A stretch of DNA of 64,000 nucleotides from Camelus ferus. Its lineage: Eukaryota. A program made the translations under genes and the position numbers. Where the stretch lies: contig NC_045696.1 in the NCBI RefSeq assembly GCF_009834535.1, forward strand, positions 106,084,001 to 106,148,000, given 5' to 3'. Numbering within the stretch: the first letter of the stretch is position 1; each line of letters begins with the position of its first letter. The notes below the pieces were generated by a model that worked only from the letters and a program-made list of their open reading frames with translations, was not told where the DNA came from and did no database searches. Below are positions 1-13,415 of the stretch, piece by piece.

Positions 1-1701
1 AGGAGTATAATGCTATGGCAGATATTTACTGTGAGATTAGGTGAACCAAAGGTCAATTTCCCATGACTCTCTGGCTTTAATCCTTGTCTTCTGTAAATTT
101 AGAAAAACAATGGGGTTAAATAAATTACTGCGTGAGAAGTGCTTAGTTAGAAGAGTTTCTACTTAGAAATACTCAAGAAATACTAATTACCATTATCACC
201 ATGTTCCCAATGTTAGTTATCGTCGTTATTGAATTAAGATATCTCTTTATTTATCTAGAAATTGGATCACATTTTATTTCCCAGTGACTGTAGTTAGTAC
301 ATGCAATTATATATTTAGCTTACTGTACTGGCAGTTAAAATGTTATATGTCCATAGTATAATATTTACTAATCGGATTTATAAACAGTTCATTGAAAAGT
401 TTAACATTTTCACCAGATTAAAAGGTTAAATAACATTTAAATTCGGATATATCCATTTACTTGTAGTCCCACTAGAGAGTATATTGGCTTTTCTATGTCA
501 CTCTGTGTTCTAGACAATATCCTCTTAGCACTGCCTTTAGGCACAACTGTCAAGTATGTGAATATGGTAAACAGGTAGGATGTCAAGTAGAAAATAGATT
601 GTGAGATCTTTGTGTCTACTAAAGGAAGAAGGTTTTTACCTGGAGCCAGTTCTATTTATTTTGTTTTTGGCATATTGTTTTGCTGTCACCAGAGAGCAGA
701 GAAAAGCAGTCAAGGGGAATACATGTGAGTGGAGGAGATAATTGTAGTACAGTAGTAAGAGATGAGGTAAGAAAAGAGTCAGGAGGAATATTGGGTTAGG
801 ACTAACAGCATAGAGAAGTCCAAATGCTGAGCCAAGGAGGTAAGATTTAGTTCATGAAGCAATGGAAAGCCATTGTTTTTTAGTAGGTAGATGGAATATT
901 GCTATTCTATTTTAGAAATGGGAAATTGAGCTTACGAATGAGCCATGGAATCAGTTTTATGGGTCAGAGGTCCATAGGAAACAAACAGGCATACTCAAAT
1001 TTAAGAAGGTTAATTTGAAAGGGATTTAATAACAGACTTTTTTCAAAGGCTTAGTGGGTAGGTGGGGAGGAGTGTTTACTACAGCCTGACTTTAGAGATA
1101 TTTGGAGAAGGTCAAGGGTTTGCTAGTAGGTGGATACACTCATATGTTTTTAGGTTTCTGGGCAAAGAGACTCTCCCCTAGAGTTCTGATGCCACCTGGA
1201 ACAATAGTCTTTCGGGTTTCCGTGTCCTCTTGACTGGCCCAGGTATCACTGTTATCTGCTCTTTGGCACAAGTAGAGTATGAAGAAGGAAGGACCAATTG
1301 CCCTGCCCGTAGTTTCTTGCTCCCCTTAACTATAGCCCCCAAGCTTGGAGTACCTTGGACGTTGCTTCCATCCTTTGCTGTAGTTCTTTTCTATTCTGTT
1401 TTTGAGAAGTGTTGCGGGGGAGTGATTAGAACTTTATTCCTCAGTCTGTTTCCTTTTGTTTTCAGAGATTCCTTCCAGTTTGCGATGTGTTGAGAGGAAT
1501 TTGTTTTCCAGTGACAATATAGTTTAAAATTAAAAAAAATTATATATGAATGTATGCATGTGTGTGCATGCACACACACAGGTATATGTAAAATGACATA
1601 AAGCTGTTGGGAGGGTAACTGGATCATTAGCTCATTTTGTCATCTTAATCCAATGTCTAGTAAAGCATTTTGTATTATCTTGTTATTTTTTTCCCCTTTA
1701 G

Positions 1702-1807
1702 ATTACAAGATCTTATCAGTCAAAAAAAGGCTGATGACAAAAAGGAAAAAGATGAACCCAGCGAAGATAACCAGCAGCAGGCCCTAACTGACCAGAGATA
1801 CTTTCAG
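1702..1807 (+). CDS. CEP70: CEP70 internal coding exon (first seen in window): [35 protein letters not shown]
   Basis: ccctttag acceptor at 1700-1701, CAG|gtattg donor; 1+105 nt; peptide resembles recalled CEP70 (…QQQALIDQRYFQ) and joins in phase to the next exon. Confidence 0.92.
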
Positions 1808-2344
1808 GTATTGAACAGTGGACAGAAAGACTGGTGTTTATAGTGAATCTTGGTTTCCATCACAGTGTAATAAATTATCAGTTGGTAAGGATTATTTTGT
1901 ATCTGTATATGTGTGTGCTTAGCCTGTCTTTCTTGCCATGACATACCTAGTTGGCTTGACTTAGAATTTGTCTTACCCCTGAAAAGAGACCTTGGCCTAA
2001 TTCGAAGTAGGGTAGTAAAAATCTGATAAGATTTTATAATCCTTTTTTCCTTGTTCTCCCTGCTTAAGCCATTTCCCTTTTTATTGTTTTTGTTTTTGCT
2101 GTTGTTGATACTATTATATAAGTAATCTATTCCTCAGGGCCCTTGTATGCTTTTGTTTTTTCTTTAAATATTTAGTCTACCTGAAATCCAATTTTCTGTG
2201 TGGTATCAGGTAGAGATCTAACCTACTTGATTTATACACTGTTTGTTCTTGAATAAATGAGCAATTAAGCATGGTAGTTTACTGACTGAACTTGGCCTGT
2301 ACTCGTATTTTACTGGGCCCATACAGGTTTTTGTTTAATTCTTA

Positions 2345-2800
2345 TTTTTTATTGCAGTGTGGTCAGTTTATAATGTTAGTTATAGGTGTATAGAAAAGCG
2401 ATTTAGTTATACATATATATATATACATGTGTTCTTTTTTCAGATTCTTTTCTATTACGAGAAACAATATAGTTCCCTGTGCTGTACAGTAGGTCCTTGT
2501 TGTTGATTTGTTTTACAGATAGTAATGTGTATCTCTTAATCTCAAACTCCTAATCTATCCCTCCCTCCTCATCCCCTCTGGTAACCACAGTTTGTTTTCT
2601 GTGTTCATGAGCTATTTCTAGTTTATAAATAAAATTTGTATTTTTTGTGTTTTAGATTCCACATATAAGCAACATCATATGGTATCTGTCTTTCTCTGTC
2701 TGACTTATTTCACTTAGTATGATCATCTCTAGGTCCATCCATGTTCCTGCAAATGGCATTATTTCATTCTTTTTTATGGCCGAGTAATATTCCATTATAC
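2345..2800 (-). mobile_element. L1 3'-end fragment (antisense)
   Basis: T-rich tail then typical L1 3' sequence (agattccacatataag…ttcacttagtatgat…gcaaatggcattatttcattc); boundaries approximate. Confidence 0.8.
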
Positions 2801-3569
2801 AAGTTAAAATTTTTAAAAATTACTAATATTTTAAAAATTAAGATATTTTACCTAAGTCCTTGTTTCTGGTTTCTCTTAAAAACCCAGAGAATCTGGCAAC
2901 AAATTCCTGCATAGTCATTATCAAAGCAGAATGAGGCCTTTCCCTTGTCATATATGGGCATCTGCTCTTCAGTTAGCCACAGTCCCAACCCATCTTTGCT
3001 TCGCTCATTTATGCTCTTATCTGGCTTCTACAGGCATTTGAGCTTGCAGTTTCTAAAAGACCATTCTTTCTCTACTTTATTGAAATGAAACCTTTATAAT
3101 ATAACACATTCCCTTATATACATAGGTTTGTTTCTAGACTCTAGTTTCTTCTATTTCTATATTATTTTCATACTTTTAAAATTTCTGTAGTTTCATAATA
3201 GGTTTTGATACCTTTTAGGAAAAGTATCTTGTTATTGTTCTTTTAAAATTTTTCCTTGGCTATGTCTTTAGCACATTTATTCTTCTGTGTGAACAATATG
3301 TCAGCTTCAAAAATAGATCCCATTGAGATGAACTGAAATTGAATTAACTTTTTAGATTAATATTTGGAAAAATAACACATTTATAGCTTTGAATCATCTC
3401 ACTCAGAAATAGGTCTCTAATTTTATTTGGGTCTTCCTTTATAGCCTTCAATAAAATTTTATATATTTTTAAATTTAGCTCTTGTATATTTTTTGTTCTG
3501 ATTATTTCCTAGGTATTTTATATATTTTATTGCTATTGTGAATGGGGTCTTTTTTCCATTACCTTTTCT

Positions 3570-3897
3570 TTTTTTTTTTTAACATTTTTTTTATTGAGTT
3601 ATAGTCATTTTACAATGTTGTGTCAAATTCCAGTGTAGAGCACAATTTTTCAGTTACACATGAACATACATATATTCATTGTCACTTTTTTTTTTCGCTG
3701 TGAGCTACCACAAGATCTTATATTATTTCCCTATGCTACACAGTATAATCTTGTTTATCTATTCTGCATATGCCTGTCAGTATCTACAAATTTTGAAATC
3801 CCAGTCTGTCCCTTCCCACCCCCTGTCCCCTTGGCAACCACAAGTTTGTATTCTATGTCTGTGAGTCTGTTTCTGTTTTATATTTATGTTCTTTGTT
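3570..3897 (-). mobile_element. 5'-truncated L1 3' end with poly(A) tail, nested in an older L1 remnant (about 3060-4100)
   Basis: poly-T 3570-3580, L1 3'UTR-type sequence (…ttggcaaccacaagtttgtattctatgtctgtgagtctg); flanked by 108-bp direct repeats. Confidence 0.85.
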
Positions 3898-5039
3898 TAT
3901 ATTTTTAAATTTAGCTCTTGTATATTTTTTGTTCTGATTATTTCCTAGGTATTTGATATATTTTGTTGCTATTGTGAATGGGCTCTTTTTTCCATTTCCT
4001 TTTCTAATTGATTGTTACTGGTTCTTCATATATATCTGTGTTGATTTTATGTCCAGGCACCTTTGTGAAAACTGTTTTGTTTTAGATAGCTTCTTGTATT
4101 CAGTATATAGCTGAATTTCCTTTTGTTTCTTAGATTCAATTTGAGAAGCTTTGTCCTTTTAATAAGGGAATTAAACCATTCATGAACATTGAGACCAACT
4201 CATATATCTACTTTTATTCCTGATACCTTACTTCCTGTTTTCTATTTATACAGTTTCTTGTTATATTTTTTTCTTTTCCTGACATTTGCTAGGTTGAGGT
4301 TTCTTTGTTCTTTTCTTCTCTTCAAGGAGTTAGGACATTCATCATTTTAATTCTTTTCTATTCTTTTAATGATTACCCTTAAAAAATATTTTTTTAACTC
4401 ATACCAAGAATTTGTTAGTACCTGCAAACTCTTACTGAATAAGACCTATATTGTGAGTTTTCTTTTTTTTTTTAATTCCAATGTCTCTTGAGAATTAAGT
4501 TATTTTACCATTTATTAATTGTTAATACATCTTTTGCTGCCAGTCATCAGAGTGTGGTTAAGTCATAAAGAAGAATATACTCTGCTGTCAATAATAATTC
4601 AGTGGAGGGGAATCAATTAACTTTTCCATTAAAAGATATGTTTATATATAAGAGAAGTGAAATGTCAAAATACACGCTCTTGAACTAAAAAAAAAATGCT
4701 CTAACATCCAAAGTCATATTACTAGGAGACCTATAAGTTGTAGCTTGACGTATAAGTAGGGACAAAGATTCAGTATCAAAATGGTATCGCTTGTCAAATG
4801 GGCTGGGCTTGCTGGTGGTAAATAAGGAAATGGCTTAACTCTTCTCCCTTTGAACTGGCTGTTTTGAGTCTCCTTTTCTTCTCCTTCAGTGATATGTAAG
4901 GTAAATAAAACTCAGAGCTTTTGGCAGGGGTGGTTATAGTCACGTATTATATATATTAGGATATTTAAAATTCAGTCCAGGCATTGATGATATTAGGGAA
5001 CTATTGTTAATTGTTAAATGTATAATGTATTCAAGTGTG

Positions 5040-5741
5040 CACTAATACGCCGCAAGGAAGGAAAGGAAGAGAATGTCTAGAATATAGGAGAATCCCTTAG
5101 GGCAACTCTTAGTATTGCCACACCTTGTGATAAAGATAAATGGAAAACTCCAACAGCCTAGTCCAGGTAGAATTATTAATGGTCCATACCCTTAGGAGTG
5201 AAGATTTGGTTTATCCCAGCAAGTAAAGAACCAGAACCAGCTGAGGTGCTTGCTGAAGGCAAAGGTAATCAAGAATAGGTAATGGAAGAAAGTAGTGATA
5301 AATATGTCTGACCACATAATGAGTTACAGAAATGAGGATTATAATTGCATCTGTATTTCCTCCTTATTTTGTTATAAATATGTTCACATGTGTGTATGTG
5401 TATATGTTTATAAATATGCACAAACATACATACATGTACATGACAAATATGTTTGTTTTCTTCCTGCTAGTATTCTCCTACCATATAACATAAGGTGTAT
5501 TGACTTTATGTTATTGTTAATTTTATATCTTAATATTTAAATTACAGAGCATCAAGGAGAAGAGTAGCCATCACTTTAGGACTTTACCTCTTCTTCTGGC
5601 GAAGGGGTTAGTGCATTTTCGGTTGTACACTGCATACTTGTATCATGTTAGGTGATCTATGATCTTGGTATTGTCTTTATTTGGAGGTTAATTATGGTTT
5701 AAGGCAAAGTGTATGGGTGCCAGGTTGACAAGGGGTGGACT
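5040..5741 (+). mobile_element. ERVL internal 3' remnant ending in a polypurine tract
   Basis: degenerate ERVL-like sequence (ccagctgaggtgcttgctgaaggcaaagg…) and gacaaggggtggac directly before the LTR. Confidence 0.75.
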
Positions 5742-6242
5742 TATGATGGTTAATTTTATGTGTCAACTTGGCTTGATCAGAGGGTGCCCAGATATTTGAT
5801 CAGACATTGTTCTGGGTGTGTCTGTGAGGATATTTCTAGATGAGGTTAACATTTTAAATGGTAGACTGGGTAAAACAAGTTGTCCACCCTAATGTGAGTG
5901 GATTTCATCCAATCAGTAGGACAAGACCTGAGCAGGACAAAAAGGCTGAGGAAGAGGGAACTTTTTCCCTGCCTGACTAACTTTGAGCTAGGACATCAAT
6001 TTTTTTTTCCTGCCTTCAAATGTTGTAATGAAACATTGGCTCCTCCTGGGTCTCAAGCCTAAGGGCATTTGAATTGGAACTATGCCCCTGGCTCTCCTGG
6101 GTCTTCAATGTTGCTGGCTGCAGATCTTGAGGCTTGTCAGCCCCCATAATTGTGTGAGCCAGTTCCTTATAATAAATAAATACACACACACACATAAAAC
6201 ATCCTAATGGTTCTGTTTCTCTGGAGAACCCTGACTACTATA
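5742..6242 (+). mobile_element. MLT2-type (ERVL) 3' LTR
   Basis: begins tatgatggttaattttatgtgtcaacttgg, ends ttctgtttctctggagaaccctgactacta; both ends resemble the MLT2 consensus. Confidence 0.85.
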
Positions 6243-6639
6243 GTATTTACTATTTATATTTTATTTTCTGTATGTTTCAAAATTTTCTTGATGAAAAATT
6301 GGGAGAAAAGGTCATTCAGATCTCAGTCAGATCTTCAATTTCTCATCCAGTTCAAAGCTTCTACCTTATGCTTAGTTTATCTCATGTCTGACATACACTT
6401 CTTTTAATAAGCAGTGTGGCAAGGAACTGTGATCTGTTTCTTTATTCTCATTGCTCCCCTTCTCTCCTAGTTCTCTGCTGTATCTAGCTGCTTCCAGGGT
6501 GGCAGTGAGAGTGGATGTTGGGTGAGAATAGAAAGCAAAAGGGTAGAATCTTTCTTGACTGATGTTGGTATAGTCTAGCACTGATGCCCTTTGTGTGCCT
6601 AATGACCAAATACTGCCTGTTTTTCTCTTTCATGGAACA

Positions 6640-6642
<3 letters not shown>

Positions 6643-6686
<44 letters not shown>
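6643..6686. repeat. (GT)22 microsatellite
   Basis: direct reading. Confidence 0.98.
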
Positions 6687-6696
<10 letters not shown>

Positions 6697-6825
6697 GTAG
6701 CCCCTACCAGCTAGGGACCTTGGCAATGTACCATTTTGTGGGCAGTCCATTTTCCAGCTGACCTCATGTATCTCTCTCTTCCTCTTGTTCAAATGACACT
6801 CTCCTGGTTTCTCTAGCTCTAGGTA

Positions 6826-6826
6826 G

Positions 6827-6858
<32 letters not shown>
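6826..6858. repeat. (GTT)11 microsatellite
   Basis: direct reading. Confidence 0.98.
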
Positions 6859-6859
<1 letters not shown>

Positions 6860-6994
6860 TAATCATGAAAGCAAAGCTTGACTGTCTTCCAAAGTGTCCA
6901 CTTGGCCACAGGGTGTATCTTACCCTACCACAGTGTAAAATGGCAGGCCTCTCTTGTTGCTGCCTCCTCTCCTTGCTCTAGTCCATCTTTATAT

Positions 6995-7340
6995 AGGTAT
7001 CAGTTCATTTTTGCTATGTAACAAATCCTCCTACAATTTAGTGACAAAATAAAATAACAACCCTTTAATACTGTGTTCAGACAGCTGGGCAGTTCTGTTC
7101 CTTGTGGCTGGGCTCCCTCATGCATCTGCTATCAGATACAAGTCAGCTAAGTGGCTAGAGTTGGGTGGATACCAGGGTGATTGGGGTGACTGGGCCATGC
7201 GTCTTTCATCATCCACCATTTCATCTGGGCTTGTCCCCATGGGAGCAGAGCTCAACGGGAGACACCAGAAATGATCAGGAGCCCTTGAGTCTTGGGCTCC
7301 AAGATGGCACACCATTACTTCCTTTTCTGTGGGCCAATGC
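6995..7340. mobile_element. Degenerate MaLR (MLT1-like) LTR fragment
   Basis: atcagttcatttttgctatgtaacaaatc… opening resembles MLT1 ends; highly diverged. Confidence 0.5.
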
Positions 7341-7452
7341 CCCCCCCCCAAATATACACACATACACACACATACACATATATACATACATATACATATA
7401 TTTGATAGGACTGTGATAAACATTTCAACTAAAAATACTGTCTCTTTTAAAG

Positions 7453-7623
7453 GTATTGAGTAGCATCAGTTCAATTATTCATAATCCAAGAGCTCCAGTA
7501 ATAATTTATAAACAGAGCAAAGGAGGAGCCCAACATTTTAATAAAGATCTTGTTCAAGATTGTGGATTTGAGCATCTTGTTCCTATAATAGAAATGTGGG
7601 CAGATCAACTGATTTCCTTAAAG
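7453..7623 (+). CDS. CEP70: CEP70 coding exon [21 protein letters not shown]…[11 protein letters not shown]
   Basis: ttttaaag acceptor, AAG|gtaagg donor, 171 nt phase 0-0, open frame matching CEP70. Confidence 0.95.
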
Positions 7624-10129
7624 GTAAGGGGCTGAATATACTTTACATGCTTTGAAAATCTATTGGCGTCTGTGGGCCTTATTACTAGGACTAGGCTTAA
7701 TTTTTTATTTGTTTTAACTATGAAGGCTTATAAAAGGATTAGCTTATGTAAAACATGAATCTTGCTACTTACATATTTTTGCCTCTGTAAAGTTCTACCA
7801 AGCAAGACATTTTTTAGTCCTGTTGCCAAGCTGCAAATCTATAGAGGAGTCACGTTACTCTTCCAGGCTCTTCCCTGTTCCACTTTCATCTCCCTCTTTG
7901 GTGTCCTCATGCTACAGATTTTCCTGGCTCTTGTTCCTCTTTGGATGTAGTGTCTTATCCTTTATTCCATTTTAATTGGGGATTTTTTTCTCTCTTCGTA
8001 TTTTATTTCTCTTCTCTCAGAACTGAGCTTATCTCCATGTCTGTCTTTTCTCTAGAGCAAATACTAGTCCTGCCTACCCTATCCATGGAAGGTTAAAATC
8101 TCTTCACTTTATAGAGTCATCTTGTATTCTTGATTATATAACTTTGTTTTTGTTTTTTTTTAGTTTTCGTTGAGTGGTTCACTGATAGGAGAATTGATCA
8201 AGTAGTAGTATTTAGTTTCTGTTTCCTTTGAAACTTTAGATTTCTCAATAACATATATAAATATATATAGCACTACCTCTGTTCATGAGGATGTGATTAA
8301 GTAATAGTATTTGTCAACAGAAGCCCTATTACATGAAGTACAAGTGATGCAGAAGATTATGTCAGAGTGTGTAAGCTCCATGAATTTTGTCTTTTTCTCT
8401 TATATGTCCCAGGATCCTCCTGCTACATAATAAGTGCTCAGTATTTCTGAAATGAGGGAAACAGAATAACACATTCCAAGACAATAAAATGGAAATAACA
8501 CTGAATTTTTAAAAATTTTTAATGAAAACATACCTGTAAATGATGAACCGCACATTCAGCCTAATTTCTCCTTCCCTTTTTATATAGGGCTCAGATAGAG
8601 CTGTAATACAGAAAATACTTTAATTAAGGGACATCATTGGATCAATATACCTATTTTATAGGCCCGAGTTCCTCCAGTTTGTCTCAGAAGAGGATGAAAA
8701 AATTAGTGGTTGATTATGTAAATTATGGTGTTTTTCCCAATGATTGCTCATCAGGGGGTTCTCCCAGTAGGAGGGAACAGTGCTAACTCCAGTTTTCTCC
8801 TTCTCAGGGCAGATGGGCTAGAAAATGCCCCAGCCTTATCAAGAGAAGGGAAAAGACTAGGAGAGAAGGGCAAAGGGAGGAGTCAAATAAGTAGATTGTT
8901 ATTGATTATTTATTATGTTCAAGGCACTGTTAGAGGTATTAGAAAAGGTGAACACAAGATTCAGACTAAATGGAGAGAGAAAACCTACTAAAAAATATGA
9001 AATAAAACTTAACCATTCAAGATATCATTAGAAGAAATGAATGCCATGAAAACAGTACACAATGAAGTGCCAGGTGAATGATATGGATAACTTGTAGTTT
9101 CTGGAGGAAGAAGAGCCCCCCAAAAAGCTTTACAGTAGTGATGCCTTCTTACTGTTGTATAGTTTTCCCACTAGGAGACAAGGAGAATTAGCTTTTAATT
9201 AGAATATTCTGAGGACCACTTCCCAGGAGAAATTTAGTGGCTCTACCACTAAAGTAACCGCATGGATTTTAGTCAGTGGTTTAGGTGTTTTTTTACCTTG
9301 TACTGCAGAATCAGGATCCATATTGAGAAACTACATGAGATTCTCTGAGGTTGCCTCATATGAAAGATTTTCTATACTGTGGTAGCCTCTAACTTTGGGA
9401 CAACCATCTTCCCAGATTAATCTTTTACTCAGGTTAGATTTGGCTTAAAAGAGGATAGGGAAAGCATGGAGCTAGGTATCTGCCTCTTTCCGTCTTTGCC
9501 ACCAACCTTCCTGGGAAAAGTAAGCTACAGGTACTGTAGCTGTTCCAGCCTGGTACACTGTTGTGCGCTGTGGCTTTCCCATTCCCATTCCCCAGCCACA
9601 CAAAGTCAGACAGGATCTTGGTTGTACTTCCACATCCCCACAACTGAGCAATGTGGAAAACCTAGGAGGCCCTCTTCCAGATTTTTCAGGACTTGCTTGA
9701 TGGATTGTGAAACTACCAGCTTCCTGTCACTGCTAAGTAGACTGGAACATCTTTTTTTTTTTTTTTTTCCTTAACTTTTAATACTTTTATTCTCAAGCAA
9801 AAATTTATATTTAATGTGCTTTTACCATAGACCATTTCTTTATAATTGCACCTTATTGATGGAGTATTGGTTAATGAAGGCATCATTATGCTCTGGCTTC
9901 CTGACTTTTTTTTCAAATTCTGGTGGCAGTTATTATTTAACATTTATTTGACTCTGAAATGTATTGCCTTGAAGTGCTAAAGTAGATAATTGCCTTCTCA
10001 CCAAATGAAAGGTTAAAGATATCAATATGTGAGGTCTGGGCATTATTATTTGGAGAGTGTTAAATAAGTGGAGAACTAAAATAAGTTGATAAAAGTAAAA
10101 ATTCCTTGTACTTCTTTCTGTATTGTAGA

Positions 10130-10530
10130 GTTGTACTGTCTAATACAGTAACTGCTACCACATAGCTTTTGATCACTTGAAATAGCACTAGTCTCAATTG
10201 AGATGTGCTACAAGTATAAAATTACACACTGGATTTAGAAGACTTAGTGTAGAAAAAAATTAATATATTATGTATTAAATTAAAATATTTTGGATATATT
10301 GGGTTAAATATATTAAAATTAATGTCACTTGTTTCTTTTTCTTTCTTTTTTTTTTTAAATTTAAGTACAGTTAATTACAGTGTGTCGACTTCTGGTGTAC
10401 AGCACAATGTTCCAATCATGCATAGACATACGTATATTTGTTTTCATATTCTTGTTTCTTTTCACTGTTTAAATGTGGCTAGTAGACAGTATTACTGTGA
10501 CACACATTACATTTCTTTTGGACAGCATTG
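10130..10530. mobile_element. hAT-Charlie MITE (MER3/MER33-like) interrupted by a short antisense L1-tail insertion (10340-10450)
   Basis: ctgtctaatacagta…ttggacagca inverted ends; insert flanked by the 12-bp TSD cttgtttctttt (10328-10339, 10451-10462). Confidence 0.75.
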
Positions 10531-10754
10531 TTCTAAAGGGCCAAACACTATGCCATGCACATAGTAAATGCTCAGTAAATATTTTTTTATTAATTGACTA
10601 GTCTTAGAGATCTAAACTTCCAGGAGCCTTGCCCTATGTGCACAGTTTTAAATAGATTAGGACAACATGTCTAGGCCAAGAAAACTAAGGAGGCAGTCAT
10701 GAAGATTAAGTAGAATTAACTTAGGCATCCTTTCAAACAAACTATAGTATGTAT

Positions 10755-11115
10755 AGATACATACTATAAATAACATGGAGGAATCTTGAAAACAGTATTC
10801 TAAGTGAAAGAAGGTAGTCACAAAAGGCTGCTTATTGTATGATTACATTTTTTTGGTGAGATGCCCAGAATAGGCAAATCCATAGAAACAGAAAGTAGAT
10901 TCGTAGTTACCCAGAGGCTGGGAGCAGGAGAGAATGGGGAATGACTGCAAGTGGGTACAGGGTTTCTTTCTGGGGTAATGAAAATGTCCTGGAATTAGAT
11001 AATGGTGATAATTGTACATCTCTGTAAATAAATCAGAACTACTAAATTGTACATTTAAAAGAGGATGAATTTTATGGTACGTGAATTATATCTTAATAAA
11101 TCTGTTATTTTAAAA
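10755..11115 (+). mobile_element. Old L1 (L1MB-like) 3' end
   Basis: ctaagtgaaagaag…ataggcaaatccatagaaacagaaagtagatt…gtgaattatatcttaataaa. Confidence 0.8.
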
Positions 11116-11323
11116 ATCAAGGATAAAATATAAAGGACAAGCTTATTTTTTATTCATCAGTATTTCAAAATAATTACATAAATAACAAATACTACTAATA
11201 AATAACATATAATCACTTTAAACATCCACACTTGAGGTAATCAATGTATGTATATCGTTTTTTGTAAGGCCTGTATTTTCCTGGAGAAAACTAATTTAGC
11301 AGACTTTTTCTAAGCTGGTAATG

Positions 11324-11451
11324 AGAGGGCAGGATGGGTAGAGTGCATGCTTAGCATACATAGGATCCTGGGTTCAATCCCCAGCACCTCCATTAAAATA
11401 AATAAGTAAATAAACCTAATTACTTCCCCCCCAACAAACAAACAAACAAAA
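11324..11451 (+). mobile_element. tRNA-derived SINE (camelid-type)
   Basis: ggtagagtgcatgcttagc…B-box gggttcaatcccc…A-rich tail; TSD ctggtaatg at 11315-11323 and 11452-11460. Confidence 0.85.
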
Positions 11452-11589
11452 CTGGTAATGGTATTTTTTAAGAACTGATGATGGTTAATATATATATTAA
11501 ATCTGCCTGGATAATTATATTTTATTAGCATTATATAGAAGCTACTATTTTTTAATCAATAAGAGCATGTCATTTCTTTTGTTGTGAAG

Positions 11590-11736
11590 GATTTGTATAA
11601 GTCCTTGAAACTACTCTCTGCCGAACTGGTGCCTTGGCATAATTTAAAGAAGCAGGATGAAAATGAAGGTATCAAAGTTGAAGATCTGTTGTTTATAGTA
11701 GATACCATGTTAGAAGAAGTTGAAAATAAGGAAAAG
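11590..11736 (+). CDS. CEP70: CEP70 coding exon [16 protein letters not shown]…LEEVENKEK
   Basis: tgtgaag acceptor, AAG|gtaata donor, 147 nt phase 0-0; inside ORF 11584..11781. Confidence 0.95.
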
Positions 11737-11918
11737 GTAATACTACCTAATACTTACATAAATGTTCACATTTTAATGTAATCTAGTCTTAGCAACTGAT
11801 AATGATGTGGATAAGATATTTGTTCTACTAGAACTCTAGTTCTCTTTTTAAAGTTTTTATTAAAGATTTGGAATTAAGATGTGAACTATGTTTCTTTTCC
11901 TTCCTCTCTTCTGGGCAG

Positions 11919-12087
11919 GACAGTAATATGCCAAACGTTCAAATTTTGCAAGCTATTGTTTCTCACTTCCAAAAATTATTTGATGTGCCTTCTTTAACTG
12001 GAGTCTATCCCCGAATGAATGAAGTTTATACTAGGCTTGGAGAAATGAACAATGCTGTGAGAAACCTCCAGGAACTCTTAGAACTAG
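11919..12087 (+). CDS. CEP70: CEP70 coding exon [26 protein letters not shown]…NLQELLEL
   Basis: pyrimidine tract + gggcag acceptor, G|gtgatg donor, 169 nt; inside ORF 11868..12191. Confidence 0.95.
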
Positions 12088-12259
12088 GTGATGATCCTTT
12101 GTCATTTTTGGCCCCACATTTAAGAATTATTCCTAATAAGTCAACAAAAAGTAGGTTAAAAAAGAAAAAACTGAGGATAACTAATGCATAAAGAGTTTGA
12201 TTTAATGATTTTGCAAGTTCTCTTTTAAAATGCCTTATCCTTTTATTTCCCTTTTGCAG

Positions 12260-12374
12260 ATAGTTCATCCTCATTATGTGTGCTGGTGAGCACAGTTGGA
12301 AAATTGTGTAGGCTGATTAATGAAGATGTGAATGAACAGGTTATGCAGGTATTAGGACCTGAAGACCTCCAAAG
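12260..12374 (+). CDS. CEP70: CEP70 coding exon (D)[37 protein letters not shown](S)
   Basis: ttttgcag acceptor, AG|gtattt donor, 115 nt, phases compatible with neighbours. Confidence 0.95.
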
Positions 12375-13415
12375 GTATTTACTGTAAACATTTGCAAAGT
12401 ATCATCCAGAATGTTTGGAATGGTGAAATTAAAGACTTTAGAAACTTCATAAGTTATTTACCTTTCCTTTTTGGAACAGCATTTTTAAAAGTAATTTGAC
12501 AATCTAAAATAATCTCACACTTTAGGGATGGAGAGAATGTCAAATATTTTCAAGATAAAAATAGATTCTAGGGCCTATAAGTTTACATAGAGTGGGTCAG
12601 GACTCTAGCATCATTGCTATAAGCCTGTTCCCAAAGAAAACTATATATGGGGAAATTCAAACCTTGTTAGTAACTTCATGTAAATTCAGAATATATAAAC
12701 AAGTCTGATTTTTAGTATGTTACCATAAATTACTGAATGATTACTAATGGTATATATATTATTTGATTAGAAGATGTTAAGAATTTTTTTTTAAGCTAGG
12801 CATCATCAACATAAATCCTGATTTTTTTCTTTAAATATCAAAATATAGCTGTCCTCTTCCTCCCTCCTCCAGATTTTATACTGCAGCCTGTGGGAAGGGG
12901 AACACACACATATACCACCTATTCCATAAGTTCTGCAAGTTTTCCAAGAACCCTTGCCTAATCTGACACTTGAATCTTCTGATACTTGATGCTTTTAAAA
13001 GGAGTATGTGTCTCACTATTGGTCTTTTTCCCCTTCCCACAGTTTTACTGATTACTGGTACTTATTCTTAATGTTTAATAGAATATTGGCTATAAATGGC
13101 AGTTATTTTTAGAAAATGTTATAAAAGCATGGTCTCTTAAGAATCCTCAAGCTAAATAGAAAGTCTCCCATATTAGGAACGTTACATAAATTTAACTTTG
13201 GAATAGATTACACTGATAATAAGATTTTTTTTTTTTAGAAAAGTGTTATTAGATGAACAAAGAGCTCAAAAAGGAAGGATTGCAGTAAATGATCATTAAA
13301 CTTATATTTAAATTAGCAGGACAATTTCTTTCCATTTTGAAATGTTCTATTTCCAATCAGATGCAAGAACCCTAAGTTGGAAATTCAGTGTAAACTGTGC
13401 ATTTTTTTTTAAAAG

